From: a virus
Taxonomy: Duplodnaviria; Caudoviricetes
IMG/VR virus record: IMGVR_UViG_3300020366_000001
Span: 64,001 to 128,000 of that record
Length of the DNA: 64,000 bases
Strand: one strand, 5' to 3'
Each line of letters starts with the position of its first letter. Position 1 is the first letter of the stretch. The position numbers and the translations under genes are program-made. This document shows, one piece after another, positions 55,131-64,000 of this stretch. The notes below the pieces were generated by a model, which saw only the letters and a program-made list of their open reading frames with translations, had not been told where the DNA came from and did not search any database.

Positions 55131-55313
55131 TCACATTTGATTCAACTTCCCATACAAGTGAACTAGAACCTCATCACGAACTTCCATTAGTTCGTGATAA
55201 CATTTTTGGTTGTGTGCACAAGACCGTAGTTTATCATCTGGTTTATACACAGATTCGATGAATAGACCTAGTGCACGTTTAAGTTTTTCAGTTTTGTTCT
55301 CGGGATCGTACAT
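55131..55313 (-). CDS. Conserved cyanophage hypothetical protein
   Basis: RALGLFIESVYKPDDKLRSCAHNQKCYHELM. Confidence 0.7.
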   Translation of the reverse strand: MYDPENKTEKLKRALGLFIESVYKPDDKLRSCAHNQKCYHELMEVRDEVLVHLYGKLNQM

Positions 55314-55464
55314 TGAGTTGGATTGCAGTTGCGTCAGGATACGACTTCTGGACGTGTCGCAATATTGTGGTGGGGTAAACGACATCTTCTGTCCAGGTTC
55401 GCCATTGTAATTTATCATCGATCTCTGACAATACTGCTACTTCCCAACATTTTTTAGTCTGCAT
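55288..55464 (-). CDS. Hypothetical protein
   Basis: MQTKKCWEVAVLSE...; overlapping-operon geometry. Confidence 0.5.
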   Translation of the reverse strand: MQTKKCWEVAVLSEIDDKLQWRTWTEDVVYPTTILRHVQKSYPDATAIQLNVRSREQN

Positions 55465-55912
55465 TTCCATCTTCATTGTTCCAGAAGTCTTCCCAGTCTG
55501 ACGGTGAGTCAGTAACGTCTTTGACATACGATACATTCTTGCGAGTGTGGAGATGCGGCGTGTTCTTGCCACTGAGGTAAGATATGATAGCATTGACTTT
55601 GTTGAGTTGACCTTGGAAATAATCTTGCAAACTAAAGAGTTCGTGACGTACGTCTGAGACAAAATCATATGCTGATGTATCCTCTTGTGATACGTACTCT
55701 AGAAGCAAATCAGCAATGAGTTGTCGTTGATGATCACGATAGGTTTTCTTGTTGTTCTTGCTCAAATAGTTCTGAATCTGCTCTTCCACGTTCTGCTGCG
55801 GCAGTGAGGATGTCGTAGCAGTCTCCAAGTCTGGCGTGATTATTAGATTCGCAGACTGATTGTTGTTGTCGGGAGAGGACTTGGCAGGCATTTCGGAGGA
55901 CCTCAATTTCAT
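55454..55912 (-). CDS. Hypothetical protein (start uncertain, overlaps 55734-55940)
   Basis: C-terminal part (YRDHQRQLIADLLLEY...) looks protein-like. Confidence 0.5.
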   Translation of the reverse strand: MKLRSSEMPAKSSPDNNNQSANLIITPDLETATTSSLPQQNVEEQIQNYLSKNNKKTYRDHQRQLIADLLLEYVSQEDTSAYDFVSDVRHELFSLQDYFQGQLNKVNAIISYLSGKNTPHLHTRKNVSYVKDVTDSPSDWEDFWNNEDGNAD

Positions 55913-55940
55913 CGGTATTTAAGAAGAGTTTTACAAGCAT
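55734..55940 (-). CDS. Hypothetical protein
   Basis: 68 aa, TAATG-coupled to the upstream gene. Confidence 0.5.
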   Translation of the reverse strand: MLVKLFLNTDEIEVLRNACQVLSRQQQSVCESNNHARLGDCYDILTAAAERGRADSELFEQEQQENLS

Positions 55941-56152
55941 TATTCAGTTTCCTCGATGATTGTAGCTGAAATTTGGTTAAGAACCTTGGCAGTTTTGTTG
56001 ATACTAGTGCCTATCTTAGCACCTATATCATTCTCAACCCAGGCACGATAGATGAACTGGGCAGTGGCAACAATGACTGCTGCGATAGTTACCAACCAAT
56101 ACAAGACTTGACGAAGAAACTTGTTATCGGGGATAGATTTGATCATTAGCAA
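55940..56152 (-). CDS. Small TM protein
   Basis: Hydrophobic helix VLYWLVTIAAVIVATAQFIY. Confidence 0.6.
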   Translation of the reverse strand: MLMIKSIPDNKFLRQVLYWLVTIAAVIVATAQFIYRAWVENDIGAKIGTSINKTAKVLNQISATIIEETE

Positions 56153-56388
56153 TAAACAGGGGAATAGTCATCACCAGTATATGGAGTGAGATTGAAATCA
56201 GTAACCTCAGCACCATTAGCGACGTACTGGTTAACGTCGTACACCATATCAGACTTGGTGCGAGTCGAAAACGAGACACAACCTTGGTACTCATTCTCAG
56301 TGGGGTGCCAGATGACACGCTTTACGTAGCGCTTGCCAGTGCCAACTGGAAAATAATCGATTTGTGTTGCGGGAGTGAGAAGTTGCAT
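56146..56388 (-). CDS. Conserved cyanophage early protein
   Basis: MQLLTPATQIDYFP...YVANGAEVTDFN, directly after a promoter element. Confidence 0.7.
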   Translation of the reverse strand: MQLLTPATQIDYFPVGTGKRYVKRVIWHPTENEYQGCVSFSTRTKSDMVYDVNQYVANGAEVTDFNLTPYTGDDYSPVYC

Positions 56389-56412
56389 CGGTTGTGCCGC
56401 GTTGATGAACAT

Positions 56413-56469
56413 ATTATAGAATGGACAGGGGACAAAAGAGACTGGTAGTGGACAGTTTGTGAACTGTCC
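56413..56469 (-). promoter_or_regulatory. Early promoter element, copy 10
   Basis: GGACAGTT-CACA-AACTGTCCAC-N29-TATAAT. Confidence 0.8.
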
Positions 56470-56621
56470 TAGTATGTCTCGCCGTCCCGTGCCTTGGGTG
56501 CAGAATGGATCAGGTCAACTATCGTCTGCACTGTCTCAGCTTGAGCGTCTGATGGCATTACACAGACATAGATGAGACCGATGCTGACCAGTGCTGTTGC
56601 CAGGGTCCAGGTACTACGCAT
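56469..56621 (-). CDS. Small signal-peptide/TM protein (50 aa, not in track)
   Basis: MRSTWTLATALVSIGLIYVCVMPSDAQAETVQ...; TGATG overlap. Confidence 0.55.
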   Translation of the reverse strand: MRSTWTLATALVSIGLIYVCVMPSDAQAETVQTIVDLIHSAPKARDGETY

Positions 56622-56872
56622 CAGGCGCTACGCACCTCCCCCTTGACTACAACGTCAGCAGGGACACGTGAGATGGTGTAGCGACGGATCTGCTGAGAGA
56701 ACGGACGCCAGGCATCGACAGTCTCGTTCACGATACGGTTGTGCTGACGGTCAGCACCCTTAGCAGTGGTGCACTTGCCACACTTGCGGAAGTACACGAT
56801 AGGGTGCTGAGGAGCATCAACGGTGTCGATCTCAACTTTGTAGAAGCAGTGCTTCACAACTTGAGTGGTCAT
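56621..56872 (-). CDS. Hypothetical early protein
   Basis: 83 aa, GGAG RBS, after a promoter element. Confidence 0.7.
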   Translation of the reverse strand: MTTQVVKHCFYKVEIDTVDAPQHPIVYFRKCGKCTTAKGADRQHNRIVNETVDAWRPFSQQIRRYTISRVPADVVVKGEVRSA

Positions 56873-56899
56873 CGAGTCTCCCTCGTTTGGTATGTACCT

Positions 56900-56957
56900 A
56901 TTATAATGCCCCCTGATCGCGAAACCAGGGGGCGTGTGCCAGTTTAGACAGTGGTTG
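56900..56957 (-). promoter_or_regulatory. Early promoter element, copy 11, with a hairpin in the spacer
   Basis: AACTGGCAC-AC-GCCCCCTG-N10-CAGGGGGC-AT-TATAAT. Confidence 0.75.
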
Positions 56958-57441
56958 TGACTGTCAGTTTGTTGAGGTAGTCAGCAGTATAGTTCCACCT
57001 ATGTCCTGTCACTCCCCACCTAATCCACGAGAATGATGCATCCTTGTATGATTGTAGGGGTAACCCAGGTGTGGTGAATACATTCTTCACTAGTTGGAAA
57101 TCATATTCATTCACCAAGTATCTCATCTGTCCACTGATAGTGTTAGGGTTACACATATTGGTAGTACAGAATGTACCGAGACCCTTGATTCTACCTTCAG
57201 ATGTCCACTGAATCAATCCAAATCCACCACGTGTGTTCACATAACAATCTTGGTAGTCTCTAGCAACACGTGGTGTGTATTCTTCACACGCTAACGGTTT
57301 GAAGTTGGATTCTTGTTTAATGTTACCAAGAATAACAGCAACTGCATTCTTATCTTTGATGCCATAATCCGATAGGACATTGATGACTTCCTTTTCAGCA
57401 GGTGTACATAAGGTGCACAATAGTGCGGCGGCAATGATCAT
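56944..57441 (-). CDS. Lysozyme-like muralytic enzyme (phage tail lysozyme family) with an N-terminal hydrophobic leader
   Basis: AVILGNIKQESNF, GGFGLIQWT..R and QMRYLVNE motifs; start MIIAAALL via ATGA overlap. Confidence 0.75.
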   Translation of the reverse strand: MIIAAALLCTLCTPAEKEVINVLSDYGIKDKNAVAVILGNIKQESNFKPLACEEYTPRVARDYQDCYVNTRGGFGLIQWTSEGRIKGLGTFCTTNMCNPNTISGQMRYLVNEYDFQLVKNVFTTPGLPLQSYKDASFSWIRWGVTGHRWNYTADYLNKLTVTTTV

Positions 57442-57959
57442 TTTAGTTTCTCTCCATACTTTTTGATTGCAGACATACAAATACTATCACCTAGTCGCGG
57501 ATCTGCAGGTAGTTTCTCCGCAGTCTTCAACTTGTCGTATTTAACCTTGAGACGTGGTTTGAGGTAATTATACACATCCTCACCACTCATACGCCAAATT
57601 TCCGCGATTTCCGCACCATCATACCGTACAAAGTAATGGTTCTTGTATTTCAACAACTTCTCTTCGCGCAGATACTTATCTTGTGCTCTCCACGATCCTT
57701 TCACACTGATGCCATTGTACGTGGCATTGATAGTTTTACCAATAGTAGACTTATATTCCGCTTCTCCAATATCATCCTCTGCATCACTACCAGAGTAGTG
57801 TTGTGCAATCTTATGCTTAAGTTCAATGGCAGTATGGATCTCACGCAGACGATTATATGAACAGGGGTCACCCCATCCTTGGTCTTCACACACATCGTGG
57901 AGACCCATAAACAGGAGTCTGAAGCGCTCTTCTGCTGTTGCTTTGGTGTACTTAGGCAT
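57438..57959 (-). CDS. PvuII-like PD-(D/E)xK endonuclease
   Basis: SGSDAEDDIGEAEYKS and FVRYDGAEIAEIWRM parallel PvuII GNDAVDNAGQEYELKS and FAIYRGIAIEAIYRL (PvuII recalled from memory); similar length. Confidence 0.6.
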   Translation of the reverse strand: MPKYTKATAEERFRLLFMGLHDVCEDQGWGDPCSYNRLREIHTAIELKHKIAQHYSGSDAEDDIGEAEYKSTIGKTINATYNGISVKGSWRAQDKYLREEKLLKYKNHYFVRYDGAEIAEIWRMSGEDVYNYLKPRLKVKYDKLKTAEKLPADPRLGDSICMSAIKKYGEKLK

Positions 57960-57986
57960 AGATGATGTTACAGAGGGGTTACAGGG

Positions 57987-58193
57987 TCATTCAGAGGGGT
58001 CTGAGGTGTTCTCAAAATCCTCAATCATATTCACAGGGACAATATGTTCACCAGCAATCAAATAATGATGCTGAAACTCATCAGTGTCACCTACTCTACG
58101 ATATCCAAGGTATGCTAGTTCATCATCAGGGAATTCATTCTCCCTCAATGCTGCTTGCAGTTTGTAGTGTAGAAGATCAGAGGTACTTACCAT
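57987..58193 (-). CDS. Conserved cyanophage hypothetical protein
   Basis: LLHYKLQAALRE...YLG...HHYLIAGEH. Confidence 0.7.
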   Translation of the reverse strand: MVSTSDLLHYKLQAALRENEFPDDELAYLGYRRVGDTDEFQHHYLIAGEHIVPVNMIEDFENTSDPSE

Positions 58194-58428
58194 AGTCCTG
58201 TGCGCGAACGGTGTCTTTAGCATAACAAGTCTTGCCTGTCAACCAGCGTGGATACTGATCATCTTCGATAGCAAGGAGGAATTGATCTTGATTGTCGAAA
58301 TAGTATACATCAGACCAGCGCTTGGTATACTCATTCTGCTCTTGCAGACGATAGTCTGGGTTGCCATTCTCTAGGACACCAGACTCAACAAAGCGGAAAC
58401 CACCGCGTTCTAGAATAGTTTTGGTCAT
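58177..58428 (-). CDS. Conserved cyanophage hypothetical protein
   Basis: ILERGGFRFVE..G..NGNPDYRLQ...DVYYFDNQDQFLLAIED. Confidence 0.75.
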   Translation of the reverse strand: MTKTILERGGFRFVESGVLENGNPDYRLQEQNEYTKRWSDVYYFDNQDQFLLAIEDDQYPRWLTGKTCYAKDTVRAQDYGKYL

Positions 58429-58460
58429 TGTGTTGTGTAGTATAAGGACAGTATAGCAGA

Positions 58461-58862
58461 TCACCTCTTGTAGAGGTAACCACCTGCCCAGTCAGCGTGC
58501 TCCAGCAACCACTCACGGTGCTCAATCAAGCGCAGATCATAACGAACGTGCTTAGCAGGTGATTTGAATGATGCTGGTTTGTAGACTTCACCAGTCTTCT
58601 TGTCCACAAATGCGTGGACACTCTCAGAGGGAAGACGACCTTCGTTAGGAACAACCATAACGATCTTGAGATACTTGCGACCCTCTTCAATCACGAACTT
58701 ATAGGAAGGAGCATCGTGACGACCAACCGTACCACGGTTGCGAGACTTGAAGTTGTCCTCCAGAGCATCACACAGCATCAGCGTCCACTTGCGGACGTTG
58801 AGTTGGATCTCGTTACGAGCGTCCTGGGTAGCACAGAAGTCAGAAAACGATTGAGTGGTCAT
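58461..58862 (-). CDS. Conserved phage early protein
   Basis: GRKYLKIV...SVHAFVDKKTGEVYKPASFKSPAKHVRY...ADWAGGYLY. Confidence 0.8.
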   Translation of the reverse strand: MTTQSFSDFCATQDARNEIQLNVRKWTLMLCDALEDNFKSRNRGTVGRHDAPSYKFVIEEGRKYLKIVMVVPNEGRLPSESVHAFVDKKTGEVYKPASFKSPAKHVRYDLRLIEHREWLLEHADWAGGYLYKR

Positions 58863-58886
58863 TGCCTGTCCCTTGATTACCTTAGT

Positions 58887-58943
58887 ATTATACAGCCGTC
58901 AGTGCGGCGCACCATTGTTCTTGTGCCAGTTCTCAAACCGCAC
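58887..58943 (-). promoter_or_regulatory. Early promoter element, copy 12
   Basis: GTGCGGTT-TGAG-AACTGGCAC-N30-TATAAT. Confidence 0.75.
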
Positions 58944-59528
58944 AGTGGGGTCAGCATAGACGGTGCGAGGCATCATATTAAATGATAGAGTGTGTCTTGT
59001 CGAGTCCTCTGTATTGGTATTGACGAAATGCGCAAGTGTAGATGGGAAGATGAGCATCTTACCCAATGATAGTTTATGTGCGTGCTCGTGCTTATGTGCG
59101 TGAGACATATTCATTCTACCATTTGTATCATCATATGGATTCTCACGTACAAATGTAGTATCTCCACTCTCTCCAGTGAGGTAAACGATGCCACTAATTA
59201 CTGACCACGGGTGCTTATGTAAATGTGTGTACTCACCACGTTTTGTCTGTGTGATCCACATCGATGTCACTGCCATACTATGTGCGTATGGTTTATTGTA
59301 TATGTCTAAGTATATCTCTTCTACTGATTCTTCTGCCCAATTGGCAAGTGCTAGTGCTGCTGGTGCAGCAGAGCAGTCAGCATAGTTTCTCACATCACCA
59401 TCATTCTCCCAATTATATGGGATTTGATGGCATAATGCTACCAATGGTGCAAATATATCTTGGGGTACCTCGAACTCATACAGAGTTGTCGGTAGGATTG
59501 GTATCTTTTTTACCGAAGATTGTGTCAT
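58899..59528 (-). CDS. Putative 2OG-Fe(II) oxygenase (TIGR02466-like)
   Basis: SMWIT...HLHKHPWSVISGIVYL...LIFPSTLAHFV...RHTLSFN; start likely MTQSS at 59528. Confidence 0.8.
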   Translation of the reverse strand: MTQSSVKKIPILPTTLYEFEVPQDIFAPLVALCHQIPYNWENDGDVRNYADCSAAPAALALANWAEESVEEIYLDIYNKPYAHSMAVTSMWITQTKRGEYTHLHKHPWSVISGIVYLTGESGDTTFVRENPYDDTNGRMNMSHAHKHEHAHKLSLGKMLIFPSTLAHFVNTNTEDSTRHTLSFNMMPRTVYADPTVRFENWHKNNGAPH

Positions 59529-59736
59529 AGTCGTAGTTTGTTCCATACTCGCGGTTACATCCATCACAAATTTGTTTAAGGGTAGGATCTTCCTTGGGTT
59601 TGGGTACAGCACCACGCTCACGCAGTTGACGCCAGGTATATACTGGACCGTGGTCACGTTGTGCACGATAGAATGGTTCTAGTGCAGCAGCGTCCTTCAC
59701 TGACAGTGTGTGACGTGGTGGGAGTGTTCCTTGCAA
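59476..59736 (-). CDS. Hypothetical early protein
   Basis: 86 aa, TTG start directly after a promoter element. Confidence 0.6.
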   Translation of the reverse strand: MQGTLPPRHTLSVKDAAALEPFYRAQRDHGPVYTWRQLRERGAVPKPKEDPTLKQICDGCNREYGTNYDYDTIFGKKDTNPTDNSV

Positions 59737-59757
59737 TACTAGGTTGCGAATGACATT

Positions 59758-59812
59758 ATTATACCATTAAAAAGAGGGGTAGAACCCCTCGTGTGCCACT
59801 TTTTCAATTGGC
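59758..59812 (-). promoter_or_regulatory. Early promoter element, copy 13, with a terminator hairpin in the spacer
   Basis: GCCAATT-GAAA-AAGTGGCAC-AC-GAGGGGT-TCT-ACCCCTC-TTTTT-AATGG-TATAAT. Confidence 0.75.
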
Positions 59813-60049
59813 TTTTCGGATCTTTTCTAGTAGTGAATCCGCAATTTGTTGTTGTCGCTGTCGATATTGGTGTCGTTTGGTGTTATCTGTACTCTGATTG
59901 AACTTCAGTTGTGTCATCTGTTCAGCAAACATATGCTTGTAAGTGAGAATCATCTCTTTAAGATAACCTCTCTCTTCCAGAGTGGTATTGATATCCCTAA
60001 AGACATTACAATCAACGGTGTGTTTTGAAGGTAGAGAGTGAGCGCCCAT
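59804..60049 (-). CDS. Hypothetical protein
   Basis: 81-aa ORF. Confidence 0.55.
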   Translation of the reverse strand: MGAHSLPSKHTVDCNVFRDINTTLEERGYLKEMILTYKHMFAEQMTQLKFNQSTDNTKRHQYRQRQQQIADSLLEKIRKAN

Positions 60050-60076
60050 AATAATGTTCAGGATGTTAGTAGTATA

Positions 60077-63000
60077 TCACGATTGAGTGAACGTTTGCAA
60101 CTCCTGCGTTACAGCATTGAAGGTACCAAGGTTAGTAATATCGTTGACCTTAACACTTCCTGCAGGAACATTAAGCATTGTAGTAGCATTTACTGCTCCA
60201 TAGAAGAACCTAGTGCCATCTCTATACGGATCGTTACTTGATCCTGGTTCTGCTTGGTTAATCTCAAGAGCATACATCGACTGACCAGTGATGTTAATTG
60301 ATGTATCTCTTTCATCCCAAACAACAGACAGAGGACCAACTGTATGATATGCTGCCTGCTTCTTAGACAGATCCATTGGTAACTTAGCAGTCAACAGATG
60401 TCTATCATTAGGTGTACCAGAGTTAGCAGCATTCATTGAGAACATCAGCGTGCCATACTGGTGACCCAGCACTGCAACACCTGCAGGTTCAGTGATACCA
60501 CTGGTGCTCAACTTACCAATCCTGGTGATATTACAACCAGTCACACTCTTATTGTGTGCAGCACTCACGTTACCGTGAACACTCTGCGCAATTACACCAG
60601 CAGTGGTGATTTCACAGATGTAGGTGTCAAGTTGGTTGAACTGGTTGGTGATAGATGCGACAGCGTAGAGTTTGTCCTGAGATACCTCGTGGGGATTAAA
60701 TCTATGGTGTGCATAGGTAGACTGAGATATGCCACCTTGACCAAAACCAGTATCATTGAAATAATAATGCTCAAATTCAGTATTTAATGCAAAATCCTGA
60801 ATTCCAGGAACTTCATTATGTCCCCAAACTATGTCTTTGATGGTATCTGCACCACTACTATTATTGATAGTGAAACTAGAGAAGGAGTGTGGACGGTTAC
60901 TAACAGTGTTGGTGAATGAAGGGAATGCATTAGTTGCATCCCACGTATCATTAGCAACGATGATAATACCGTTAGTATCACCTGCTTGAGTTTCAGATCC
61001 AGAGACAGCGTAGGTGCAACCACCTTCCGCAGCATTATTTCCTGAACCTCTCATCACATTGCCAATACCCTTACGCCACTTAAACTTATTAAGTTGCAAG
61101 TCGTCACCAATAATATATCCACGACCATAACCACCAGCGCTACTACCCATTACGTTGGCACTTGTATCAACTGAGAAGAATCCGTACATACCACGGGTAG
61201 TATTACCAGTGGAATCGTAGGTTTTACCAGCGTAACCAACCTTGATAGAGTTAGTACCACCACCGCCAGGACTACGTTCTTCGAGAGCAGTATCAATACC
61301 AAAGATACCATCAACAGCATTACCTGCTTGTGAACCACCAAGAGCAAACTGAACATTATTAAGTGTGGTGGCAAGCGGTGTAGCAAGACCAGTATCTGTA
61401 CCAGCAACTTGTAGTCTGATACCCACAACCTCTGCCATTTGTGTTGATTGCCCACCACTTTCTTGGGTGAAGTGACCACCAACAAACAAGACACCTGCAC
61501 TAGGTGAGTTCAACTCAACAGAAACACAGTGTGCTTGGAAGTTAGCAGGTGCGCTGCCAATATAAGTGGAGTTACTTTCAGTAATCTCGTAATCCCATTG
61601 ATAATTCAGATCTTTGTCATAACATACAATATAACCTAAACCATAGTTATTACCACCTGTAGTGTTGGCAGTCCAACCCACACAATAGATGTTACCATAT
61701 GGATCAACATCAATACCTTTAGGATATGTGTTGTATCCAGTGTGATATGCACGTGCTTCAATACCACCAGTAGGACCGTGCCTGGTGAGAACTTGTGTTC
61801 TCAGTCCAGTGTTACCATCCCAATACTGTGATAATGTGAGCAAACCATTAGGCACCTCTTGCTTATCAATTCGTGCAGCATTAGGTTGTCCCGCAACACC
61901 GTGAAGTTGGTGATTACTAGGGTTAGCATTACTATAATCTAATTGTGCATTGTCAGTTGCAACTGACTGATCCACATACAAATGACACGGGCAAGATGCA
62001 ATTGCTTCAATTCTTGTATCAAATTCGTTCTCAGTCTGCTCAGCATATGACTGTAAGAACATACTTGATGTAGTTCTACGATCAGCACGATCCCATTGTC
62101 TATTCTGTGTGCTATCTAACTGCACATTTTGTGTTGGTGCAGACCACAAATACCTATTCTGATAGGTACCAGTGTCAAGTGTGACCAATCTAGAAGGACT
62201 GATAGATGTAGTTGCTTGATAGTTATTGATTGTAGTAGGTGCAGCAGTCGAAGAAGGATCAGTCGCAGAGCTGATGTCTGTGTTCCACAGAGTACAAGTG
62301 CGGAGAAGTTTATACTTCTCAAGACCACTATTATCATTGTTAGTTGCGTTCAGATCATACACAACTTCATCCCAACAACGTACGATGGTTGCAGGAGTGT
62401 AGTCAAAGTTGATATCAATGTATGTTCCTGATGCATCAGTGACTTCAATAGGACCAACTAAATCACCATTATGAGGCAGTTTAAAGATTGTATTTCTAAC
62501 AAAGTGACCCGAAGATCCAACGTTGTTAGAACTCACATAACGTGCAGTAACAATCATATTGTTAAATGCGTCAAAATTGATGCTGTCTAACAGGACACCA
62601 CCATCTTGCTCCATTGCATAATAATATCCAGGAGTATTAGGCACTGGATTGAATGCATCTCCAGGTTTTCTACCAGGAGTTCCAGCTCTAATCTCTCTAA
62701 TATAATCTACAGTGCCATCAAACTCAATCTTAGCAATGAAACCAATGTAATTTGCCTTTGACTCATAGTTATTGCCACTAGTATTGTCATAACCATCAGC
62801 ATTACGTGCACCAATAACATTACCAATGACGTAAATGCCATTGCTAAACACTTTACTATCAGTGACTTGAATGTCATTACCAGCGAAGTTTACACCTTCG
62901 CGATAGTACATATCACTACCAATACCAGTCTCACTGGTGTCATAACCACAGTTATTACCATCCCTAACATACATCTTAGGAATAGTAAAGAATGATCTCA

Positions 63001-64000
63001 CCCAATCGAGAGCATTAGTGGCAATATTCTTTTTCTGTACCTGTACAAAGTTAGTATGTCTACCAATCTTCCAGTGGTGGTTGTCTGCAGTTCTCGAAGA
63101 AATAACATTTCCAAGATTAACAGTAGGACCAGGAGTTAGACCAGCAGTTGTCACATACTCATAGGTAGTGCCAGGTGCAGGTTCTTTCTCTACCTTACAC
63201 ACCTTAACAGGTGCTTGATTAATTAAATCATAATATGTGAAATCATAATCAGTAGTATTCCAATCATATCTGATGTATGAAGCAGTGCAATCAGTCTGTG
63301 TGTTGCCTGGGTCTCCAGTGTCAAAGAACTGATAGTATACAGGGTTACCTTGAATAGTAGAGACTGACTGATCCCTCATATTGCGAGCTTTGTTGGTCAT
63401 AGACCAAGGAATCACCAGTTTGCCATTGACATCAATTGCCATTCTGACATTCTGATCCCATCCACCAGGATAAACTAGTTCTCTTGATTGAATAGCAACT
63501 CCATCAAACGGAATTCGTAGAAGATGGAATGTAGATCTAGTGTTAGAGAGATCCGTACCACTGGCATTAGCAGCAACCCCAATATAAAATTGTGAATTGC
63601 TCTGATCAATAACAATATTACTAGTACATTGCGGACGACCACCAAAATGAGGACCATCAGTTGCTAATGCTTCGTGTACACCAAGAGCTCCAGACTTGTT
63701 CACACCAAGAGTCTTAACATTATCACTCTCCGCCAATTCAACAGAGCGGTGTCCACTACCATTTAAGTCTACTGCTACGTGAGCAAGAACTGATGCGTCA
63801 GTAAGGCTATTAACACTCGTGAAAGCTGCCAATCTAGGAGCGCTACGAACCATCTTAAGATCACTAGCACCCGTCAGTGATCTCATTTCATATGCTTGGT
63901 TTGCTCTGTTCTCAAAAATATTTGAGAACGTAGCACCACTAGAACTCATCGTGTTAATAGAGCTACGATAAGATGCCGTGTTTGTCGTAGTGTATTGATT
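60077..64000 (-). CDS. Large beta-rich protein, probably structural/receptor-binding, 5'-truncated
   Basis: Frame is open to the window end (17 more codons beyond the 63949 ATG). Beta-propeller-like motifs (GIDVDPYGNIYCVGWT, FIAKIEFDGTVDY). Confidence 0.7.
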   Translation of the reverse strand, partial: NQYTTTNTASYRSSINTMSSSGATFSNIFENRANQAYEMRSLTGASDLKMVRSAPRLAAFTSVNSLTDASVLAHVAVDLNGSGHRSVELAESDNVKTLGVNKSGALGVHEALATDGPHFGGRPQCTSNIVIDQSNSQFYIGVAANASGTDLSNTRSTFHLLRIPFDGVAIQSRELVYPGGWDQNVRMAIDVNGKLVIPWSMTNKARNMRDQSVSTIQGNPVYYQFFDTGDPGNTQTDCTASYIRYDWNTTDYDFTYYDLINQAPVKVCKVEKEPAPGTTYEYVTTAGLTPGPTVNLGNVISSRTADNHHWKIGRHTNFVQVQKKNIATNALDWVRSFFTIPKMYVRDGNNCGYDTSETGIGSDMYYREGVNFAGNDIQVTDSKVFSNGIYVIGNVIGARNADGYDNTSGNNYESKANYIGFIAKIEFDGTVDYIREIRAGTPGRKPGDAFNPVPNTPGYYYAMEQDGGVLLDSINFDAFNNMIVTARYVSSNNVGSSGHFVRNTIFKLPHNGDLVGPIEVTDASGTYIDINFDYTPATIVRCWDEVVYDLNATNNDNSGLEKYKLLRTCTLWNTDISSATDPSSTAAPTTINNYQATTSISPSRLVTLDTGTYQNRYLWSAPTQNVQLDSTQNRQWDRADRRTTSSMFLQSYAEQTENEFDTRIEAIASCPCHLYVDQSVATDNAQLDYSNANPSNHQLHGVAGQPNAARIDKQEVPNGLLTLSQYWDGNTGLRTQVLTRHGPTGGIEARAYHTGYNTYPKGIDVDPYGNIYCVGWTANTTGGNNYGLGYIVCYDKDLNYQWDYEITESNSTYIGSAPANFQAHCVSVELNSPSAGVLFVGGHFTQESGGQSTQMAEVVGIRLQVAGTDTGLATPLATTLNNVQFALGGSQAGNAVDGIFGIDTALEERSPGGGGTNSIKVGYAGKTYDSTGNTTRGMYGFFSVDTSANVMGSSAGGYGRGYIIGDDLQLNKFKWRKGIGNVMRGSGNNAAEGGCTYAVSGSETQAGDTNGIIIVANDTWDATNAFPSFTNTVSNRPHSFSSFTINNSSGADTIKDIVWGHNEVPGIQDFALNTEFEHYYFNDTGFGQGGISQSTYAHHRFNPHEVSQDKLYAVASITNQFNQLDTYICEITTAGVIAQSVHGNVSAAHNKSVTGCNITRIGKLSTSGITEPAGVAVLGHQYGTLMFSMNAANSGTPNDRHLLTAKLPMDLSKKQAAYHTVGPLSVVWDERDTSINITGQSMYALEINQAEPGSSNDPYRDGTRFFYGAVNATTMLNVPAGSVKVNDITNLGTFNAVTQELQTFTQS

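Noticed and set aside
49094-59812. Dispersed dyad repeats as a CRISPR array or integron attC sites
   Set aside because: Repeats are degenerate, irregularly spaced, separated by whole genes and tied to -10 boxes; no cas gene or integrase in the window
1-64000. tRNA/rRNA genes, introns, inteins, alternative genetic code
   Set aside because: None recognised by eye; conserved genes translate full length in code 11 without interruptions

Overview
A 64-kb segment of a T4-like marine cyanomyovirus genome (Synechococcus/Prochlorococcus phage), coded almost entirely on the minus strand. 1-48.5 kb is the late/structural cluster. In transcription order it holds an 899-aa structural protein, PAAR/gp5.4, gp25, gp6, a 4064-aa gp7, gp8, a 2750-aa VrlC/DUF4815-type protein, a chain of fibre/adaptor genes, a 1792-aa structural protein, gp13, gp14, gp15 and gp16, then a small-gene island with PTOX. 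T4-type late promoters (TATAAATA/CTAAATA) precede many of these genes. 48.7-60 kb is a block of small, probably early genes. It contains 13 copies of a promoter element (imperfect inverted repeat GTGnCAsTT-N4-AAsTGkC(C)AC about 28-30 bp upstream of a -10 box), a T5orf172/GIY-YIG-like nuclease, a PvuII-like endonuclease, a lysozyme, two 2OG-Fe(II) oxygenases, KTSC-like proteins and several very acidic mini-proteins. Inside this block lies a gene-free locus (52.87-53.13 kb) with 9-bp T-rich repeats next to four tightly packed DnaA boxes, an oriC/datA-like site unexpected in a T4-like phage. The window ends inside a large 5'-truncated protein. No tRNA, rRNA, CRISPR array or reverse transcriptase was seen. 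All calls come from reading motifs and gene order by eye; no database searches were run.
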